Notes under the pieces: generated by a model
Databases searched by the model: none
What the model was told of the DNA's origin: nothing
Seen by the model: the letters and a program-made list of their open reading frames with translations, nothing else
Program-made: the position numbers and the translations under genes
Source: an uncultured Campylobacter sp.
Lineage (GTDB): Bacteria > Campylobacterota > Campylobacteria > Campylobacterales > Campylobacteraceae
NCBI RefSeq assembly: GCF_938040115.1
Contig: NZ_CALHXD010000016.1
Span: forward strand, 1-32,046
Direction of reading: 5' to 3'
Length of the DNA: 32,046 nucleotides
Shown here: piece after piece, positions 28,223 to 32,046 of the stretch
How the letters are laid out: every line of letters starts with the position of its first letter
Numbering within the stretch: position 1 is the stretch's first letter

Positions 28223-28299
28223 TGGCGCAGCGGACGGGGCTCGAACCCGCGACCTCCGCCGTGACAGGGCGGCATTCTAACCATCTGAACTACCGCTGC
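28223..28299 (-). tRNA. tRNA-Asp(GTC)
   Basis: Anticodon arm CCGCC-CTGTCAC-GGCGG and CCA end. Confidence 0.96.
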
Positions 28300-28307
28300 A
28301 CCTAAAA

Positions 28308-28383
28308 TGGTGGTCGCTATAAGACTCGAACTTATGACATCCACCTTGTAAGGGTGGCGCTCTACCAACTGAGCTAAGCGACC
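28308..28383 (-). tRNA. tRNA-Val(TAC)
   Basis: Anticodon arm CCACC-CTTACAA-GGTGG and CCA end. Confidence 0.96.
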
Positions 28384-28402
28384 CAAATTTAACAAAAATA
28401 AA

Positions 28403-28478
28403 TGGTGTCCTGTGCTGGACTCGAACCAGCGACCCCTTCATTAAAAGTGAAATGCTCTACCGACTGAGCTAACAAGAC
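28403..28478 (-). tRNA. tRNA-Lys(TTT)
   Basis: Anticodon arm TTCA-CTTTTAA-TGAA and CCA end. Confidence 0.96.
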
Positions 28479-28481
28479 AAA

Positions 28482-28558
28482 TGGCGCAGCGGACGGGGCT
28501 CGAACCCGCGACCTCCGCCGTGACAGGGCGGCATTCTAACCATCTGAACTACCGCTGC
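28482..28558 (-). tRNA. tRNA-Asp(GTC)
   Basis: Identical to 28223-28299. Confidence 0.96.
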
Positions 28559-28566
28559 ACCTAAAA

Positions 28567-28642
28567 TGGTGGTCGCTATAAGACTCGAACTTATGACATC
28601 CACCTTGTAAGGGTGGCGCTCTACCAACTGAGCTAAGCGACC
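28567..28642 (-). tRNA. tRNA-Val(TAC)
   Basis: Identical to 28308-28383. Confidence 0.96.
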
Positions 28643-28657
28643 GAAAAGACTAAATCG

Positions 28658-28733
28658 TGGCGACCCTTAAAGGATTTGAACCTCTGTTGCTACACTGAGA
28701 GAGTAGAGTCCTGGGCCACTAGACGAAAGGGTC
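28658..28733 (-). tRNA. tRNA-Glu(CTC), atypical
   Basis: GACCCTTTCGTCTAGTGGCCCAGGACT-CTACT-CTCTCAG-TGTAG-CAAC-AGAGGTTCAAATCCTTT-AAGGGTC-GCCA. Confidence 0.85.
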
Positions 28734-28744
28734 TATGTAAAAAA

Positions 28745-28820
28745 TGGTGTCCTGTGCTGGACTCGAACCAGCGACCCCTTCATTAAAAGTGAAATGCTCT
28801 ACCGACTGAGCTAACAAGAC
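28745..28820 (-). tRNA. tRNA-Lys(TTT)
   Basis: Identical to 28403-28478. Confidence 0.96.
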
Positions 28821-28843
28821 ATTTTTTCAAAAAACGAAACGTG

Positions 28844-28872
28844 ATTATATATAAAAAAGGCTGATTTGTCAA
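28844..28872 (-). promoter_or_regulatory. Consensus sigma70 promoter of the tRNA operon
   Basis: TTGACA-N17-TATAAT, 23 nt upstream of the first tRNA-Lys. Confidence 0.88.
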
Positions 28873-29029
28873 GACAAAAAGCCGCTGTTTTTCAAATTTA
28901 GCCTCAAATTTGATTTATTTTGACAAATTTTGCATTCGTCAAAAACGCATAAAAAGTCAAATTTGGCCCAAATTTAAAAAGGTCAAATTTGACTGAAAAA
29001 CTAAAAAAGGATTTTAGCGTCCCTTAAAT

Positions 29030-30460
29030 TTAGCAAGAAAAGCAAGTCTTAAACTCATACGGAGTAGGTCGCGCTTCGTACGGCCATACTTGGCTTTCAA
29101 ATTTATAATGCTGATACGCATTTATAAACGTCGGTGTCATGATTGGACGCAAATATTCGTTGTCGCGAATTAGCGCTTCCAGGCTGCCTCTTAACGTATG
29201 AGGGAGCTGCTCGATACCGCGCTCGCGGATCTCGTCAAGCGTGAGTTTAAATAAATTTTCATCCATCGGGCCGACCGGCTCCATCTTGTGTTTTACGCCG
29301 TCAAGTCCCGCCATCAGCATCGCTGAAAAGGCCAAATACGGGTTTGCAGTTCCGTCAGGGAAGCGCATCTCGGCGCGGACTGATTTTTCTCCCGAGCCGT
29401 ACGGGATACGGATCGAGGCTGAGCGGTTTTGGCTAGAATACGTTAGGATTGACGGCGCTTCAAAGCCTGGTATTAGGCGCTTGTAGCTGTTTGTGCTAGG
29501 GTTTGTAAACGCCGCGACGCTCCTTGCGTGTTTTAAAATTCCGCCGATATACCAACGTGCAAAATCGCTTAAATTTGCGTATTTTCCTTCGCCGTAGAAC
29601 AAGTTTTTGCCGTCTTTCCATACAGACTGATGCACGTGCATGCCGCTGCCGTTGTCGCCGTAAAGCGGTTTTGGCATAAACGTCGCAGTTTTTCCGTTTA
29701 GGTGTGCGACCATTTTAACGACGTATTTGTAAATTTGCACGTTATCGGCAGCTTCGAGAAGGGTTCCAAATTTAACGCCAAGCTCGCCTTGACCTTGCGC
29801 AACCTCGTGATGTCCTAGCATGACTTCTAGGCCAACTTGTTCTAAAACCTGCATCATTTCCGCACGCAGATCGACCATGCTATCGGTCGGTTGCGTCATC
29901 AGATAGCCGCCTTTTCTTCTTGGGCGGTGGCCGGTGTTGTAGCTATCTTTAAAGTCTCTAGCGTCGTTCCATTCGCCTTCTTCGCTGTCCACTTCAAACA
30001 TCGCGCAGTTTGGGCTGTCTACTATTTTTACGTTATCAAATATAAAAAACTCGTTCTCCGGCCCAAAATACGCCACATCGCCCATGCCGCTCTCTTTTAC
30101 GTAGGCCATGGCTTTTTTGGCTATCGAGCGCGGGCATTTTTCGTAAATTTGCCCCTTATAAATGTCGTAAATATCGGCAAAAACCACGACCGTAACGTCG
30201 GCGGTGAAAGGATCCAAAAAGGCGCTGGTTGCCTCAGGACACATCAGCATGTCGCTTCTTTCGATCGGTTGCCACCCTCCTAGCGAGCTCGCATCCATCG
30301 GTATGCCGTTTACGAAATGATCTTTTTCTACGAATTTTATGTTATAAGATATGCTGTGCCAAGCGCCGTTCATATCGGTAAATCTAAAATCCACGAATTT
30401 AACCTCGTGCTCTTTGCAAAAATCAAAAAAATGATCGACGCTTTTTACGAATTTTCCCAT
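29030..30460 (-). CDS. glnA: Glutamine synthetase type I
   Basis: [39 protein letters not shown] and NRSASIRIP motifs. Confidence 0.97.
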   Translation of the reverse strand: MGKFVKSVDHFFDFCKEHEVKFVDFRFTDMNGAWHSISYNIKFVEKDHFVNGIPMDASSLGGWQPIERSDMLMCPEATSAFLDPFTADVTVVVFADIYDIYKGQIYEKCPRSIAKKAMAYVKESGMGDVAYFGPENEFFIFDNVKIVDSPNCAMFEVDSEEGEWNDARDFKDSYNTGHRPRRKGGYLMTQPTDSMVDLRAEMMQVLEQVGLEVMLGHHEVAQGQGELGVKFGTLLEAADNVQIYKYVVKMVAHLNGKTATFMPKPLYGDNGSGMHVHQSVWKDGKNLFYGEGKYANLSDFARWYIGGILKHARSVAAFTNPSTNSYKRLIPGFEAPSILTYSSQNRSASIRIPYGSGEKSVRAEMRFPDGTANPYLAFSAMLMAGLDGVKHKMEPVGPMDENLFKLTLDEIRERGIEQLPHTLRGSLEALIRDNEYLRPIMTPTFINAYQHYKFESQVWPYEARPTPYEFKTCFSC

Positions 30461-30489
30461 TTTTCGCTCCTGTGTTTATTGATTTCGTA

Positions 30490-30498
30490 ATTTTATCA
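30490..30498 (-). promoter_or_regulatory. Putative extended -10 (TGATAAAAT) for glnA
   Basis: TGnTAAAAT 29 nt upstream of the glnA ATG. Confidence 0.5.
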
Positions 30499-30545
30499 TA
30501 AAATTTTACTTTTAAGATTAATTTAAATAATTTTTTCTACCCGAT

Positions 30546-31325
30546 CTAAAATTTTACAAATTCTCTATCGCGGTTTTTAAATACCGCACATTTTGTAAAG
30601 CCCAAATTTCTGGCGATTTGCTCGCATTTTTCGCCGTTTAGGCCGACTTGATCCTTTGCGTGAGCATCCGAGCCAAACGTAATAGGCATGTCTTTTTCGG
30701 CGATCATTTCTAGTAAATTTACGCTCGGATACTGCTCGCCGATCGGTTTTCTAAAACCGGCTGCATTTATCTCCACCGTCAAATTTGCCTTTTTTATCGC
30801 ATTGATGGCGTCTTTAGCAAGGATTCTAACGTCTGTTTTTGGCATAAATTTAAACACTTTTAGCAAGTCTACATGCCCGACGATGTCAAATTTGCCAGAC
30901 TTCGCCATCTTTTCGACGCAGTAAAAATAATCCCGCCAAATTTGATCTATGTCGCGCTTTTTATATTCGCCGATAAATTCGGGATTGTCAAAGCCCCAGC
31001 CGCCCAAAAAATGCACCGAACCGATTAGGTAATCAACCTTGCGCGTTAAAACCCGCTCGTCCATAAAGCCCTCTAAAAAATCGACTTCGTAGCCAAGCAA
31101 AATTTTGATCCGTCCGTCAAATTCGCCTCTGAGGCGCAAAATCTCGCTCTCGTAAGAGGGCATTTGCGAAAATTCCATACGGTACGCTTCGTCAAATTTC
31201 ATCGGCGCGTGATCGCTAAATCCAAAATACTCGCAGCCCGAATTTATCGCGCTTAAAACATACTCTCTAGGCTTATCCACGGCGTGTTTACAAAGCGGCG
31301 TGTGGTTGTGCAGATCGACTCTCAT
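30546..31325 (-). CDS. PHP-family histidinol-phosphatase (HisJ-like)
   Basis: DLHNHT, SDHAP, IGSVH, GHVD and GSDAH metal-binding motifs. Confidence 0.9.
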   Translation of the reverse strand: MRVDLHNHTPLCKHAVDKPREYVLSAINSGCEYFGFSDHAPMKFDEAYRMEFSQMPSYESEILRLRGEFDGRIKILLGYEVDFLEGFMDERVLTRKVDYLIGSVHFLGGWGFDNPEFIGEYKKRDIDQIWRDYFYCVEKMAKSGKFDIVGHVDLLKVFKFMPKTDVRILAKDAINAIKKANLTVEINAAGFRKPIGEQYPSVNLLEMIAEKDMPITFGSDAHAKDQVGLNGEKCEQIARNLGFTKCAVFKNRDREFVKF

Positions 31326-31451
31326 TTTTATCCTTAAATATTTTGCAAATGCTACCTAAAATTTAATAAATTTAAGGATAAAGTTTGGGTTTTTAAACTT
31401 ATATTTCGTTAATTTTCTATATAATCAGCCCAAATTTAAATAGGAGTTTTT

Positions 31452-32046
31452 ATGACGCAAGAAGAACTTGACGCCTTGATGGCGGGCGATCTGGATGACG
31501 TCGTAGCTGCAGACGAGAGCGACGCGCAAGCTAGCGGAGATGAAAATTTAGACCTAAATGCTGCCGACAAAGAAGTAGTGGAGCGCAAAGATGATGATGT
31601 CAAATTTGACGGTGACTATAGAGCATCCTCAAACATATCGTGGCCTCCACCTCCTCCGACGGATGATCATAAGATGGTTCATCAGCTAGACGACGTCACG
31701 AAAGATAGCGAAGAAAAAGCCACGCAGATGTTTGACAAGCTCGATGCGATCAATAACTTCTCTATGGACGCGGAGAACGGACTTAGCGAGATTATCAGCG
31801 GTATAGAAGCTAATATCGAAATTTTTACCAAACTACATGAAAAATTCCCGAATATCGCCGCTTTTTCCGAGGCGCTCGAGAAAAATAACGCCCTAAAAAG
31901 CTCCGCCGAAATGACGCTAGATAACGTTAGAATGGCGGAAGATGAGATAATGATGGCGATGGATATGATGCAGTATCAAGACATCCACCGTCAAAAGATC
32001 GAGCGCGTTATCAACGTCATGCGCGCGCTTAGCAAGTATATGAGCA
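31452..32046 (+). CDS. cheZ: Epsilonproteobacterial CheZ-like chemotaxis phosphatase (3' end runs off the window)
   Basis: Manual translation: MTQEELDALM...WPPPPPTDDHKMVHQLDDVT...MQYQDIHRQKIERV (DxxxQ). TAGGAG SD; TATAAT at 31420-31425. Confidence 0.88.
   Translation, partial: MTQEELDALMAGDLDDVVAADESDAQASGDENLDLNAADKEVVERKDDDVKFDGDYRASSNISWPPPPPTDDHKMVHQLDDVTKDSEEKATQMFDKLDAINNFSMDAENGLSEIISGIEANIEIFTKLHEKFPNIAAFSEALEKNNALKSSAEMTLDNVRMAEDEIMMAMDMMQYQDIHRQKIERVINVMRALSKYMS

Larger units (their letters stand above)
28219..28642. repeat. Direct repeat of the Val-Asp tRNA pair including its spacer (28219-28383 = 28478-28642)
   Basis: Identical by eye at an offset of 259 nt. Confidence 0.9.

Noticed and set aside
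819..30924. Many antisense or alternate-frame ORFs (e.g. 3153-3674, 10073-10609, 21349-21840, 29891-30283)
   Set aside because: They are shadows of well-supported genes, with no motifs or SD.

Overview
A gene-dense, mostly core-chromosome window from an epsilonproteobacterium. It is most likely a relatively GC-rich oral Campylobacter (C. showae/C. rectus-like), inferred from gene content, codon style and extreme AAATTT enrichment. From left to right it contains: a partial SAM methyltransferase; a DNA-alkylation-repair HEAT-like gene with a stop at codon 2; a lipoprotein and a Cys-rich Sel1/Hcp-like protein; the folD-lepB-S2P-rpiB-apt-dedA-pepA-ychF run; a cytochrome c-hemL-atpZ-like-MFS-fliK-like-flhB-like run; cheB/cheR; an MFS transporter; an accessory-looking block (NlpE-like lipoprotein, SPFH/NfeD, YciI, His/Cys-rich lipoprotein); mqnC-M16-recG; a nine-tRNA operon; glnA; a PHP histidinol phosphatase; and a partial cheZ. 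No transposase, integrase, CRISPR array or rRNA was seen. The most interesting signals are: (i) a His/Cys-rich lipoprotein with a perfect 11-8-11 palindrome whose arms are two opposed extended -10 boxes, next to a GC-rich structured RNA candidate; (ii) dense AAATTT (RAATTY) palindrome clusters that also appear as in-frame insertions in RecG and a membrane protein; (iii) the ATG-TAA lesion; (iv) a coiled-coil tail on HemL; (v) two very divergent tRNA-Glu(CTC) genes. Gene identities come from motif recognition only; no searches were run.
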